A stretch of 64,000 bases of DNA. It comes from Candidatus Thorarchaeota archaeon. GTDB lineage: Archaea > Asgardarchaeota > Thorarchaeia > Thorarchaeales > Thorarchaeaceae. The notes below the pieces were generated by a model, which had not been told where the DNA came from, searched no databases, and saw nothing but the letters and a program-made list of their open reading frames with translations. Where the stretch lies: the NCBI GenBank assembly GCA_029855935.1, contig JAGSHN010000030.1, positions 39,528-103,527 of the forward strand, in the 5' to 3' direction. This document shows, piece by piece, positions 9,495-19,315 of the stretch. A program made the translations under genes and the position numbers. Every line of letters starts with the position of its first letter. Position 1 is the first letter of the stretch.

Positions 9495-11225
9495 ATGCTG
9501 GCTCCTGTGATCAAGGCTCTGCCGTTCGGCATTGCCGTATTCGACAGCGGCGGTAGGCTGCACTTGGCCAACAGCAGATGGTGCAGGCTCTTTGGAGTCA
9601 AGGAACGCGACGCAAGAAGCCTTGTTCTAAAAGACCTTCACGGCGACGGCCCCCTTGAGAGAGTACGTTCCCTATTTCTTCTTTTCGAGCAGCGTCCCAG
9701 CGAGGAACATGCTCCGATCAACTTGGAGAGCAGCGATGACCACACTGGGCCAATCACGGTATTTCCCTTGCAGAGCGAAGGCTCCTTCCACGGGCTACTC
9801 GTGATGGAGGATGTCCCACGCGGAATCGTCTCCAAGCTGGAGGCAACGTTTAGTGGAATCGTCGGTTCGGCAGTTGTGGTTCACAGGCCTGATGGTAAGA
9901 TCGTGTACGCCACTCCAGAGTTGGCGGCAATGGTTGGAATTGGCCAAGATGAGATACTCCAGAAGGACATAACAGACCTTGAATATGGCCTCACGAAGAG
10001 ACGGCTTGCAGACAGGCTCAAGAGACTCAGACAGAAGGGCGGACAGATGACGTTCCGGACAAGGATTGTGAGCCGTGCTGGCAACAACATTCCCTGCCGA
10101 GCGAAAGACCTGTGCCTTGGTGTGGACACAATGAGTCTCATCATCAGTATGTTCACACCAACCCGAGCGCAGGACCAGCTTCTACTCCGTCCGGTCTACT
10201 CTGAGCTCGCAGGACGTGCCTTCGAGGCCATTCCACTGCCAGCATTCGTGTGGGAACGCGTGAAAGGCCAGACTGTGCTGAGGATGTACAACAGGGCCGC
10301 CTACGAGTTCACCGACGGCAGGATTGCCAACTACACAGGGTTGCCAGTGGGCAGAATCTTTCCAAGAATGCCTGAGATTGACAGTGCAATCACGCATACT
10401 CTTGAGACCCATCATCCTATTGGTGGTGAGATACCGTGTGCGTGCAATGCCCTCGGGATGAACGGAATCTTCGTCTTCTCGTTTTCGTGGCTTGCTCCGA
10501 AGACCGTTCTCATGACTGTGATGGACATCACCCGCCACATCAGGACGCAACGTCGGCTTGAGCGTCAGACCAAGGAGCTGAGCGCATTTGCCCATGATGT
10601 CAACCACGATGTGAAGAACCTCTTGCAGCAGATACTGATAGAGGTGGACCTTCTCACCGAGGACCACGACCGTTCTCGGGCCGAGCGCGTAGTCGAGCTT
10701 GTGGGCAAGATCACAAGGGTCCTCCAAGAGTCTGTCGAACTGGCAGATGCAGGTCAGATCATTGGAAGACCGGTGGTCACACCGCTGGAGCGACTTGTCA
10801 GAGAGGCCTCAGAACTCCTCGGCCTCCCGCCTCGAGCCGTGAGTATGAACGCCTTGCCGACTGTGAGATGCGACCCCTCACGCATATTGAGGGTGTTCCT
10901 CAACCTGTTCTCAAACGCCATCCAGCACGGCAAGGCAAGAAGCATTCGAGTGAGATGGTATCCGTCCTCCAGGCGCCTCACTGTTTCAAATGACGGCGTG
11001 CTTGTGGACGAGGAGATTCGCAGGAAGATGTTCCGCGAGCGGGTGTCGAGTGACAGACAGGGCGGAAGAGGGCTTCTCATTGTCCGACGGATAATTGATG
11101 CTCACGGCTGGTCGATACGCCTGCTCGATACAAAGAGGACTACTTTTGAGATCAGGATTCCGGCACACGCAATCGTAGATGATAGGAAAAAGGCTGCTTC
11201 GGAAGGCGAGCCTGAAGAGAAGTGA
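9495..11225 (+). CDS. PAS-domain sensor histidine kinase
   Basis: Three PAS-like segments, H-box HDVKN, N-box NLFSNAIQHG, NDG and GRGL boxes. Confidence 0.88.
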   Translation: MLAPVIKALPFGIAVFDSGGRLHLANSRWCRLFGVKERDARSLVLKDLHGDGPLERVRSLFLLFEQRPSEEHAPINLESSDDHTGPITVFPLQSEGSFHGLLVMEDVPRGIVSKLEATFSGIVGSAVVVHRPDGKIVYATPELAAMVGIGQDEILQKDITDLEYGLTKRRLADRLKRLRQKGGQMTFRTRIVSRAGNNIPCRAKDLCLGVDTMSLIISMFTPTRAQDQLLLRPVYSELAGRAFEAIPLPAFVWERVKGQTVLRMYNRAAYEFTDGRIANYTGLPVGRIFPRMPEIDSAITHTLETHHPIGGEIPCACNALGMNGIFVFSFSWLAPKTVLMTVMDITRHIRTQRRLERQTKELSAFAHDVNHDVKNLLQQILIEVDLLTEDHDRSRAERVVELVGKITRVLQESVELADAGQIIGRPVVTPLERLVREASELLGLPPRAVSMNALPTVRCDPSRILRVFLNLFSNAIQHGKARSIRVRWYPSSRRLTVSNDGVLVDEEIRRKMFRERVSSDRQGGRGLLIVRRIIDAHGWSIRLLDTKRTTFEIRIPAHAIVDDRKKAASEGEPEEK

Positions 11226-11353
11226 TTGGACCGTATCCCTCAATGCCCTCAATGGTGGATATGGGTCAAGCGGGAATCAGGGCCCTCCGAGGACCCTGAT
11301 TCCGCGAGGAATCGTTTTGTCTTCCCCGTGGCATTGCCAGGGGCGTCCGCGGT

Positions 11354-11593
11354 CTACTTGGTCCTCTTGATGAACCAGATGAACTTGCCGTCCTCCTCGT
11401 TCATCCCGAGGATCTCGTGGCCGGTACGTTCCGCCCATGCCGGGAAGTCCTTCTTGGTCCCGATGTCAGTGGCTATGACTTTCAGGACCTGCCCGACCTC
11501 CACATTCTGAATCTCCTTCTTCAGCTTCAGTACGGGCATCGGACATCGAAGGCCTGATGCGTCAAATTCTCTCGCAAACTCGTAGTCGGTCAT
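11354..11593 (-). CDS. tusA: TusA/SirA family sulfur carrier
   Basis: DASGLRCPMPVL (CPxP), G.VL.V.ATD, W...GH; start at ATG 11593. Confidence 0.9.
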   Translation of the reverse strand: MTDYEFAREFDASGLRCPMPVLKLKKEIQNVEVGQVLKVIATDIGTKKDFPAWAERTGHEILGMNEEDGKFIWFIKRTK

Positions 11594-11780
11594 TGTGCAT
11601 CGTCGTCGCACGCCAGCTGAGCCCTATTATTCGTTTTCGTATGTGAAATGTCAATTTTTGAAATCGTCATCAGGTGATTGAGTTCGGTTGCAGGCTGTAA
11701 GAGTCGCGCCTCCAAAATGTGCTAGTTTCGTCAGACTTATCTGGATGATTGGCGGACTCCGAACACCTAGGTGAAGAGCT

Positions 11781-12176
11781 ATGGCAGTCTTCCAATTGCT
11801 ACTACTTGTTCTGGTAGGACTGGCCATCGGGACAATGTTCTCGGGTTTCATGCTTGCCCGTAGAATGGGAATGTTCCTGATGATGCAGGTGATGATGTTG
11901 ATGCTGTCGATGTTTGTGGCGTTCGGCGCCCTTGCTGTTGGGCTGCTCCTTCCGCCGCAGGTCCCTGCTCAATTCGACCTTCTGCATCTCATCCTGATTG
12001 TCGACCTGATCCTTGTGCTCCTCGCTCTGCTGATGGAGTTCGGTCAAGTCGTCCCAATCTTGATGAAGACTATGCAGGGCGCACCAATGCACAGCAGCCA
12101 CATCACAAACCTGCTCGTGCTGTTCTTTCTGCTACTCGGGCTTGTGATGTACTACCCGATCCTAGCAGTCCTATAG
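11781..12176 (+). CDS. Small Met-rich 4-TM membrane protein
   Basis: 131-aa hydrophobic ORF directly upstream of dsrE; function unknown. Confidence 0.6.
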   Translation: MAVFQLLLLVLVGLAIGTMFSGFMLARRMGMFLMMQVMMLMLSMFVAFGALAVGLLLPPQVPAQFDLLHLILIVDLILVLLALLMEFGQVVPILMKTMQGAPMHSSHITNLLVLFFLLLGLVMYYPILAVL

Positions 12177-12191
12177 GAGGATGAAGAGAGA

Positions 12192-12554
12192 ATGCCATCA
12201 CTGTATATCATTGGTCAGTGGGGCCCTGAGGCCGCCGAGCGCTGCTACGGACCATTCGTGACTGGGACTACCGCTCAGGCACAGGAGATTGATGTCACCA
12301 TCTTCCTGATGATGGACGCCGTCTGGCTCGTCAAGAAGGGTGTGCCTGAGAAGATCAAGGCTCCGGGATTCCCGCCCCTGCCGGAACTCATCGACGCGTT
12401 TCTTGAGGCTGGTGGGAAGATTCAGGTCTGTTCGAACTCTGCAGAGTTCAGAGGTCTGAGCGAGAAGGACCTCTATGATGAGCGGATCGAGATTGCCGGA
12501 GCGGCCACCATGGTGGACGGTATCTTCAAGCACGACCGGTACATTGCGTTCTAG
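12192..12554 (+). CDS. DsrE family sulfur-relay protein
   Basis: V.IFLMMDAV.L, GG.IQVCS...FRG, IAGAAT; preceded by GGAGG. Confidence 0.85.
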   Translation: MPSLYIIGQWGPEAAERCYGPFVTGTTAQAQEIDVTIFLMMDAVWLVKKGVPEKIKAPGFPPLPELIDAFLEAGGKIQVCSNSAEFRGLSEKDLYDERIEIAGAATMVDGIFKHDRYIAF

Positions 12555-12893
12555 GGGATGCTGGGCCAATCGGCCCCTCCTCTATCCTATTTTTCTCGGA
12601 ATTGCAGTCGACCCAGAGAAGAGTCTGATTGTGGCGCTCTCCTCAGACCGATGAGCATCTCTGACTCAGAGACGATACCCGTCGGGAGTGCACGCCGTTC
12701 AAACCATGTTCGTCAGAGGTCACGTGAGGCCTCTGGATTGGGCTGCCAATGATCGTCACTCAGGTCCGTGTTCTTGACGACGCGGCCACGAGGAGGGTGC
12801 TCGCACCGTGTGGAGCCAATAGAAATAGTTGGTGGGACGCTCTTCCGACCCGGGCATAGCCGCGTCAGAGGAGCGACCCGCTCGGCAGTGCGA

Positions 12894-13127
12894 CTACTTC
12901 ACGCACTCGAAGTACAGTGCCCACTCGCCGTCATCAATCTCCTCGACACCAAGGAACTTGTTCTTCGTCTTTGCGATCTCTCTCTGAACAGAGTCCACCG
13001 CGGGTGGATGGTCAATCAGGACCTTAAGTACGGTCCCCGGTGCCAGCTTCATCAGAGTCTGTTTCGTGCGCAAAGCCGGGTAGGGACACACTTGTCCCCG
13101 CACATCAAGCTCTTCATCATAGTCCAT
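12894..13127 (-). CDS. tusA: TusA/SirA family sulfur carrier
   Basis: LDVRGQVCPYP, G.VL.VLIDHP; last gene of Hdr operon 1. Confidence 0.88.
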   Translation of the reverse strand: MDYDEELDVRGQVCPYPALRTKQTLMKLAPGTVLKVLIDHPPAVDSVQREIAKTKNKFLGVEEIDDGEWALYFECVK

Positions 13128-13155
13128 CTTTCTGTCTACCTCCATTATGTCTTCT

Positions 13156-14196
13156 CTATTCCTTCAGCGACCACGCGAGGCGATAGGGATCGCTTGGATC
13201 CTCCAGTAGCTCCACAGCACCCTCCTGTTGGAGAACAAGAAGGTGGTAGTGGACCTTCTCGGGTGGCGCCTCCAGTCGTTGAGCTATCTCGACTGTGGTG
13301 GCCTCACCAACGGCCGAGAGTTCGCTCGCAATCCTCTCGCGCAGAGGCCTCTTGACCTCCGCTGGAGTGCGTTTGGCCTTACGTGCCTGAGATGCAGTGA
13401 CCCTTGAGTAGTCAGCCTCACCAATCTCGAAGAGTCCTGCCCCCAGTGCCTGATCAAGCACGGCCTTCCCGCGCTCCGTCAGTGCGATGACTGTCGTATA
13501 GCCCTTCTTGCTGCCCGCAAAGCCGCAAGAGATATCGGCATGCGTGGCCACAAAGTCCGTGCAGTACTCGCAGGGCGTCATCTTTGTGGTCTTGCCGTCA
13601 TCCGTCTTCCGCATGTTGTTGGAACAGAACAGGCCAATCTTGAGTACACTAATGCCAAGAGTCTCCTCCCAACGCGACACCCCACGTAGCTCGCACGGCA
13701 GCCCGACCACTGCGAGTCTACCACGCGTGTCGCGCTGATGCCGGATGAGATGCTCCATCACGCCGCTCGGAGAGTATCTGGTCCCGGCTAGGGAGGGTAT
13801 GTCGTCCGCCTTCTCGACGACCATAGGCTCAGGTGAGTACTTCTCTCCCGTCACCCCCACCACAGCATCGACATCGCCGTTCTCGAGAAGGAACTTGAAC
13901 AGTGTCGTCACAAAGCCGCCATTCGATGCACTCTCCAAGATCGCCTCGTCTTTGGAGCGGACCGAGACGACCGCAAGAGGCTCCTCGATCTCAGCGGGTA
14001 CCTGTTCGGGGTGTGCCTGTGGACAGATGTCAAAACATCGTCCGCAATGGTCGGCACCGCGTCGCAGGATGCATTTGCCCGTCAGAGTCGGTACGCCGTC
14101 CTTCATTGTGATGGACTTGCAGGTACCAACGCATAGGCCGCAGCCCTCGCACAGGCCGCGGTCAATCACCTGTTCCTTAAGCAGATCGAAGCTCAC
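13156..14196 (-). CDS. FrhB/FdhB-family (F420-interacting subunit) with N-terminal ferredoxin and C-terminal winged HTH
   Basis: CEGCGLCVGTC and CGRCFDICP; ASNGGFVT, GTRYS, VGLPCE, IGLFC, C.YC.DF...ADIS.G FrhB motifs; GTG start 14196 after GGAGTGG. Confidence 0.82.
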   Translation of the reverse strand: MSFDLLKEQVIDRGLCEGCGLCVGTCKSITMKDGVPTLTGKCILRRGADHCGRCFDICPQAHPEQVPAEIEEPLAVVSVRSKDEAILESASNGGFVTTLFKFLLENGDVDAVVGVTGEKYSPEPMVVEKADDIPSLAGTRYSPSGVMEHLIRHQRDTRGRLAVVGLPCELRGVSRWEETLGISVLKIGLFCSNNMRKTDDGKTTKMTPCEYCTDFVATHADISCGFAGSKKGYTTVIALTERGKAVLDQALGAGLFEIGEADYSRVTASQARKAKRTPAEVKRPLRERIASELSAVGEATTVEIAQRLEAPPEKVHYHLLVLQQEGAVELLEDPSDPYRLAWSLKE

Positions 14197-15439
14197 ATGA
14201 CCACTCCCTGATAACACCCTGTTCATCAGTTGAAAACGAAACGCGGCTACAGCCGTCCTCAGACCGCGCGTGAACGGCCTTGATCTCAAGAGGACCCACG
14301 CAGTACGTGTCAAAGCCGTTCTTGGCGGACTTCACAGGTCTCTTGAAGCCGCCGAAGTAGACGTTCGACAGGACCTCGTTGCCGCCAATAGTCCGAATCT
14401 TGTCAATGACGCCCTCAAGCGCCTCGATGTCGTGCTGGTCCAGTGCCGTCAGAAGCCCGTCCTGAGCAGCACGGAGCTCTGACCGCAGCTCGCGGGTCTC
14501 ATCACTCACCTGAATCCCTGCTGCAGCCTCGTAGGCCTCGATCAGATTCAGAGCAACAGAGATGCCATAGCGGCCGTAGATTGTGGCAGCTATCTGAGGT
14601 GCCTCCTCAATCGGACGAGCCACCATTATGTCGGCAAGCTCGTCGCCTGTTGATGGATTGCGTCCTGGAAACTTGAAATGGGAGGCGAGATGAAACCTGA
14701 AGAACGTCCCCACAACATCCACCAGCGAGCGCGTTATCTCATCAGGTCTGTCGCCAAGCCGGTCTGTCGCGCAGTCCGTGGCGACGGTATCCACCTGCAA
14801 GTTGACCGCCAGGGAGCCAAAGTACCCGATCATTCGACCGGGCGGGTCGTCAACCATCCCGACACAGCCCCTGCACGGAGTATCGAAGTCTATGCAGCGC
14901 TGGGCACATCTCGCAGAGAGGACACCACTACATGCCAGCCCGAGATTGTTGAAGCATTTCTCCCTGTTCGACCAGTCAGGCACGCGGATGATCTTGTCAA
15001 ACTCCTCGTCAGTGAAGTGGCGCTCGCACTCCGAGCAGAGAGGCTGACGTTGAGCAGATTGCCCCTCAATGACTGAGAGGAGTTCATCCGGACTTGGCGC
15101 ACAACCGAGGACTGAGGCCACTGGGGAAAGATATTCGGTCACCGGGACCACATCTGCTCCCTTCTGATTCATCAGTCCGAATATGCCACCAGTGTACGGA
15201 CAGGTGCCGTACAGAATCAACTTCTTTCCTCTACTCAGAAGCTCTCTGAGTCTTGCCTCGTCGGACTTTCGCGCGTATCCGGTGATAACGACAAAGTCGG
15301 CGTCATTGTCACTGCCGCTACCGCCGTCAATGAGAGGATGAGAGACAAACTCCACAGAGCTGTTCTTCGCCAGAGTCAGTAGATCCCACGCACAGCGCTC
15401 GCAGCCCCGCAACTGGACAACACTCAGTCTCACCATCAC
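14177..15439 (-). CDS. MvhG-like hydrogenase small subunit fused to a degenerate large-subunit remnant
   Basis: GCERC, GTC..TGG, GCAP, C.EC, C...G..C.G, C...C....PCRGC small-subunit pattern; C-terminal RPIEEAPQI region resembles the MvhA N-terminus. Confidence 0.78.
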   Translation of the reverse strand: MMVRLSVVQLRGCERCAWDLLTLAKNSSVEFVSHPLIDGGSGSDNDADFVVITGYARKSDEARLRELLSRGKKLILYGTCPYTGGIFGLMNQKGADVVPVTEYLSPVASVLGCAPSPDELLSVIEGQSAQRQPLCSECERHFTDEEFDKIIRVPDWSNREKCFNNLGLACSGVLSARCAQRCIDFDTPCRGCVGMVDDPPGRMIGYFGSLAVNLQVDTVATDCATDRLGDRPDEITRSLVDVVGTFFRFHLASHFKFPGRNPSTGDELADIMVARPIEEAPQIAATIYGRYGISVALNLIEAYEAAAGIQVSDETRELRSELRAAQDGLLTALDQHDIEALEGVIDKIRTIGGNEVLSNVYFGGFKRPVKSAKNGFDTYCVGPLEIKAVHARSEDGCSRVSFSTDEQGVIREWSCELRSA

Positions 15440-15840
15440 TTTGCACCTCCGGGACAGGGCGGGGTCTCTGGGTCGTACTTCCGCTCGAGGATGTCCTCAA
15501 AGTCGCCGACAATGGTGTCGCCCTCAGCAGCCCTCGATGTGTACATCGTCACGCAGTCGGTGCTGTATCCCATCTCGACAAGGAACTTCTTCACTATCTT
15601 GACCCGTCGGAGCGTGATCAGGTTGGCGTCACTGAAGTGGCAGGCTCCAAAGCAGCAGCCGATGACTGCCACCGCCTCCGCTCCGTTGTTGAAGGCATGA
15701 AGAATCTCCCGTGCGCCCGCACGGCCAGCACACGGCACTCTCACTATGTGTATCTCGTCGCTGTATCTCATTCGTTGGACACCAGCGGTGTTTGCAGCAC
15801 CCTGGGCACAATTCTGACAGAGAAAGGCCACAATCATCAC
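15436..15840 (-). CDS. mvhD: MvhD-like [2Fe-2S] subunit
   Basis: IVAFLCQNC, RVPCAGR, GA..V...GC..G.CHF. Confidence 0.88.
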   Translation of the reverse strand: MMIVAFLCQNCAQGAANTAGVQRMRYSDEIHIVRVPCAGRAGAREILHAFNNGAEAVAVIGCCFGACHFSDANLITLRRVKIVKKFLVEMGYSTDCVTMYTSRAAEGDTIVGDFEDILERKYDPETPPCPGGAK

Positions 15841-17873
15841 TCATCGCCTCCTTCAAGCTCTGCTGCCACGGACAATAGCGCACTGACCTCTGCGTTCAGC
15901 TGCGAGTCCCTGAAGTTCCGAATCTGGATTGCACCCACTGGACAGGCCGGAACGCACGCACCGCAGCTCTTGCACGCAACATCGTTCACCTTCGGCTTCT
16001 CCCCCTCGGCCACCGATATGGCACCAACGGGGCACGTCGTCACGCATCCGAGGCAGGATATGCACAGTTCCTCGTCAATCACAGCGGTGTCCATCCGTTT
16101 CTCCAAAAAACCCTGGACAAGGGGTTGTGCAGCAGCCGATGCAGCGCCGCCAGCATGTGCCACCGTCTGGGTGATGTCTTTCGGCCCCTGAATGGCCCCG
16201 GCCAAGTAGACTCCATCGCGACTGCTGCGGACAGGACCCATCTTGACGTGGTACTCCTTCGCGAAGCCCTCCTTTGCTCGGAGCAGCTCCAGCTTGGCAC
16301 TGAGTTTTCCAAAACCCCTCGGCGCGACCATTCCCGCGCTCAGAACAACAAGGTCCGCCTCGATGCACATCGGCATATGGGTCAGTGTGTCCTCGACCTC
16401 GACGCGGATCTTGTCGCCTGTAGGGTCAGGGGTGATGGTCGAGGGACGACCTCGGATGAATCTGATGCCCTTCTTCTGGGCGCGCTTGTAGTACTCCTCG
16501 TAGTACAGTCCTGGTGTCCGGATATCAATGTAGCAGAAGTACACCTCAGTGTCGGGTAGATGGTCCTTGATTATGCCGGCATTCTTGATGCCGAACATGC
16601 AACACACGCCGGTACAGTATTCATTACCCACCTGATCGTTGCGCGACCCGACACATTGGACGACCACCACGGTCTTGGGCACTTCCCCATTAGACGGCCG
16701 TACTATCTTGCCTTTTGTCAGCGTGGTGGGCGCGAGCATGCGTTCCATCTGTAGCTGCGTTATGATGTCCGGATGGCCGTAGTGATAGGCGGTTATCTCC
16801 GTCGGGTCGTACTCCTCATAACCGGTTGCAACTACGATTGTCCCGACTTCGAATGTGCGCTCCTCCTTCGTCATCGAGAAGTCCACAGCGTCAACGGGGC
16901 ACACAATGACGCACGAGCCGCAGTCGATGCAGTGCTTCGTGTCCAGAGTGAAGACTGACGGGAGGGCCTGTGGGAAGGGCTTGTAGATTGCCTTGCGCAT
17001 CCCGAACCCGTGGTCCCACTCGTTCTCCACCTCGACAGGACAGACGTCTGCACATCGTCCACAAGAGGTGCAGTTGTCATGTACGTAGCGCGGCTTTGTT
17101 GTCACCTCGACCACAAAGTGGCCCATCGTTCCCTCTACATTGGTCACCTCACTGAGTGTGAGCACCTCAATGTCGGGATGACTCATCACTCCGTTGAGCA
17201 GCGGGCTGACCGTGCACATCGGGCACTCATTAGTGGGGAATGTCTTGTTTAGCATCGTCATATGCCCGCCAATCGAGGTCTCTTTCTCGACGAGGACCAC
17301 TGGAATCCCGAGCTCAGCAAGGTCCATTGCCGCCCTGAGGCCAGCGACGCCGCCTCCAACGACCATTGTGCGTTTTGTGATCGGAATCTTCCTCGTGGCC
17401 ACGGGCTCTTTCTTCGAGGCCCGTGCGACACCAGCAGCGACCATCCGCTTTGCCTTCTCCGTTGCCGCCTTCTTGTCATCAGTGACCCAAGAACACCACT
17501 CGCGTATGTTCACCTGAGTGTGCATATGCGGGTTCAGTCCGAGATCACTAATGGCCTTGGCAAAGGTCGGCCAGTGCTGCTCGTACGAGCACGACGCAAC
17601 GACCGTTCTATTCAGTCCGTGCTCCTTCACGGCCTTCTGAATGAGCTCAATGCCCTGCTTTGAACACATAAACAGGTAGTCAGTCGAGTATTCCACGTTT
17701 GGCAGATGAGAGGCGAACTCGGCAACATCCTTGACATCAACGACACCCGCTATGTTCTCACCACAGTGACACACGAACACTCCGACGCGGGGCCGTTCCT
17801 GCTCCGCCGGTTCATCCTTGTTCTTCGCCTTCCTCGTCTTCCTCTGCTTGCCTTTCTTCTCGGACTTGCTCAT
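15837..17873 (-). CDS. hdrA: Heterodisulfide reductase subunit A (full length)
   Basis: GVFVCHCG.NI, GGGVAG, KTFPT..C..C, inserted and C-terminal ferredoxins, QCVGSR, C..VCC, GPKDI. Confidence 0.95.
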   Translation of the reverse strand: MSKSEKKGKQRKTRKAKNKDEPAEQERPRVGVFVCHCGENIAGVVDVKDVAEFASHLPNVEYSTDYLFMCSKQGIELIQKAVKEHGLNRTVVASCSYEQHWPTFAKAISDLGLNPHMHTQVNIREWCSWVTDDKKAATEKAKRMVAAGVARASKKEPVATRKIPITKRTMVVGGGVAGLRAAMDLAELGIPVVLVEKETSIGGHMTMLNKTFPTNECPMCTVSPLLNGVMSHPDIEVLTLSEVTNVEGTMGHFVVEVTTKPRYVHDNCTSCGRCADVCPVEVENEWDHGFGMRKAIYKPFPQALPSVFTLDTKHCIDCGSCVIVCPVDAVDFSMTKEERTFEVGTIVVATGYEEYDPTEITAYHYGHPDIITQLQMERMLAPTTLTKGKIVRPSNGEVPKTVVVVQCVGSRNDQVGNEYCTGVCCMFGIKNAGIIKDHLPDTEVYFCYIDIRTPGLYYEEYYKRAQKKGIRFIRGRPSTITPDPTGDKIRVEVEDTLTHMPMCIEADLVVLSAGMVAPRGFGKLSAKLELLRAKEGFAKEYHVKMGPVRSSRDGVYLAGAIQGPKDITQTVAHAGGAASAAAQPLVQGFLEKRMDTAVIDEELCISCLGCVTTCPVGAISVAEGEKPKVNDVACKSCGACVPACPVGAIQIRNFRDSQLNAEVSALLSVAAELEGGDE

Positions 17874-18751
17874 AGCTCTACCGCCTCCAGTTTGAAGTCC
17901 GGTGCGATCGTCTGGTACTCGAGTCCAATGTCATCCAGTCCCATTGCAAAGGCCGTGAGCTGCGAGATGTGAATGACCGGGACGTTGAAGTTAGTCCCGA
18001 ATTTCTCGTTCAGGCTCTTCTGACCAGTGTCGAACTGTAGATGGCAGAAGGGGCAGATGTCCAGGATTGCCTCGGCCCCAACCTCCGTTATGGCCGCCAT
18101 CTTCTCGCCCAACATCTCCAGCGAGACCTCGATGTGACCTGCTCTCACACCGCCGCCCGCTCCGCAGCACGCGTGTTTCCTGCGGTAGTCAATCAACTCG
18201 ACGCCGAGTGCCTCAAAGTAGTCTTCAAGAATCGTCGGGTCCTCGGGATCGTCAATCTGTTTGAGGTGGAATGGCCGAAGGAAGTGACAACCATAGTGGA
18301 TTGCACCACGCAGACGCACCTTGCGCTTGAGATAGTCCCGAATCCCATAGGGCCCAATGTCAAAACCGAGGACCTGAGCAATGTGTTTGACCTCCTGATT
18401 CGCCTCGACATGATAGCCGAGATCCGCCAGCCGGGCGTTCACATCCTTTTTCAGCTCCTCGTCGTTCTTCAGGGCGTGGTTTACCTCGAAGAGTGTGCCG
18501 AAGCATCCGTTGCACACAGTGAGGAGGTCTGCACCGTTCGCCTCCGCGATGGCGAGGTTTCTTGCTGCAGCCACCATCCAGTCCGGCTTGTTGAAGGAGC
18601 GGAAGACTCCGGGTGCAGGACAGCAGCCCGCGCGCTCCATCTCCTTGATCTCGATTCCCAGCTTGTCCAGAACAAATCGTGTCGTGGACTCAATGGCGGG
18701 ATATCGGTTGGGCATTATGCAGCCCAGAAACAACGAGTATGACTGTGCCAC
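17870..18751 (-). CDS. hdrB: Heterodisulfide reductase subunit B
   Basis: Two CCG domains: FLGC, CCPAPG, CNGC, HYGCH, CCGAGGG, CPFC. Confidence 0.95.
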   Translation of the reverse strand: MAQSYSLFLGCIMPNRYPAIESTTRFVLDKLGIEIKEMERAGCCPAPGVFRSFNKPDWMVAAARNLAIAEANGADLLTVCNGCFGTLFEVNHALKNDEELKKDVNARLADLGYHVEANQEVKHIAQVLGFDIGPYGIRDYLKRKVRLRGAIHYGCHFLRPFHLKQIDDPEDPTILEDYFEALGVELIDYRRKHACCGAGGGVRAGHIEVSLEMLGEKMAAITEVGAEAILDICPFCHLQFDTGQKSLNEKFGTNFNVPVIHISQLTAFAMGLDDIGLEYQTIAPDFKLEAVEL

Positions 18752-19293
18752 TAACGTTCTTCCTCCTCGTCATGGTCCTCTGGTCTCGGTGGCAACTGGA
18801 AGAGCGTTTTGCCGAGCTTCTCCAGTTCTTCGGGATAACAGTAAACAGTGGGAGGGAGCTCGGGCAGGCCGAGCTCCTTTCTTATCTTGCGAATCCTGTC
18901 GTTGATGGGGACAGCGTGGCCCGTCTTGTGTAGAAGGTCCACCGTCTTGCGATGCTTGTCGCTGATGAATCCCCTCGCTGATGCCAGGTTTCTGAGGGCA
19001 ATTATCGCATCTGTCACTTGCAGGTCGCGTGGACATCTGTCATAGCATTGGTAGCATGTCGTGCAGAGCCATATGTCGGGATCCGAGAGGACCACCTCGA
19101 TGCTGAATGCAGCCTTGCGCATCACCTCGCGGGTACGCATCGCTGTCCAGCGCCCAGAGGGGCAGCTGGCGGTACAGGTCCCGCACTGAATGCAGAGATT
19201 GGGATCGAACCCGGCTGCCTTCAATGTCTCCTCGATGGTCGGATCCCTCTTGCCGGAGTCCAGCACGCACGGTGGGTTCTTGAAGACGGACAA
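18751..19293 (-). CDS. hdrC: Heterodisulfide reductase subunit C
   Basis: CIQCGTCTASCP and W.CTTCYQC..RCP. Confidence 0.93.
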   Translation of the reverse strand: MSVFKNPPCVLDSGKRDPTIEETLKAAGFDPNLCIQCGTCTASCPSGRWTAMRTREVMRKAAFSIEVVLSDPDIWLCTTCYQCYDRCPRDLQVTDAIIALRNLASARGFISDKHRKTVDLLHKTGHAVPINDRIRKIRKELGLPELPPTVYCYPEELEKLGKTLFQLPPRPEDHDEEEER

Positions 19294-19315
19294 GACGGAC
19301 CACCTCGTCTGACAT

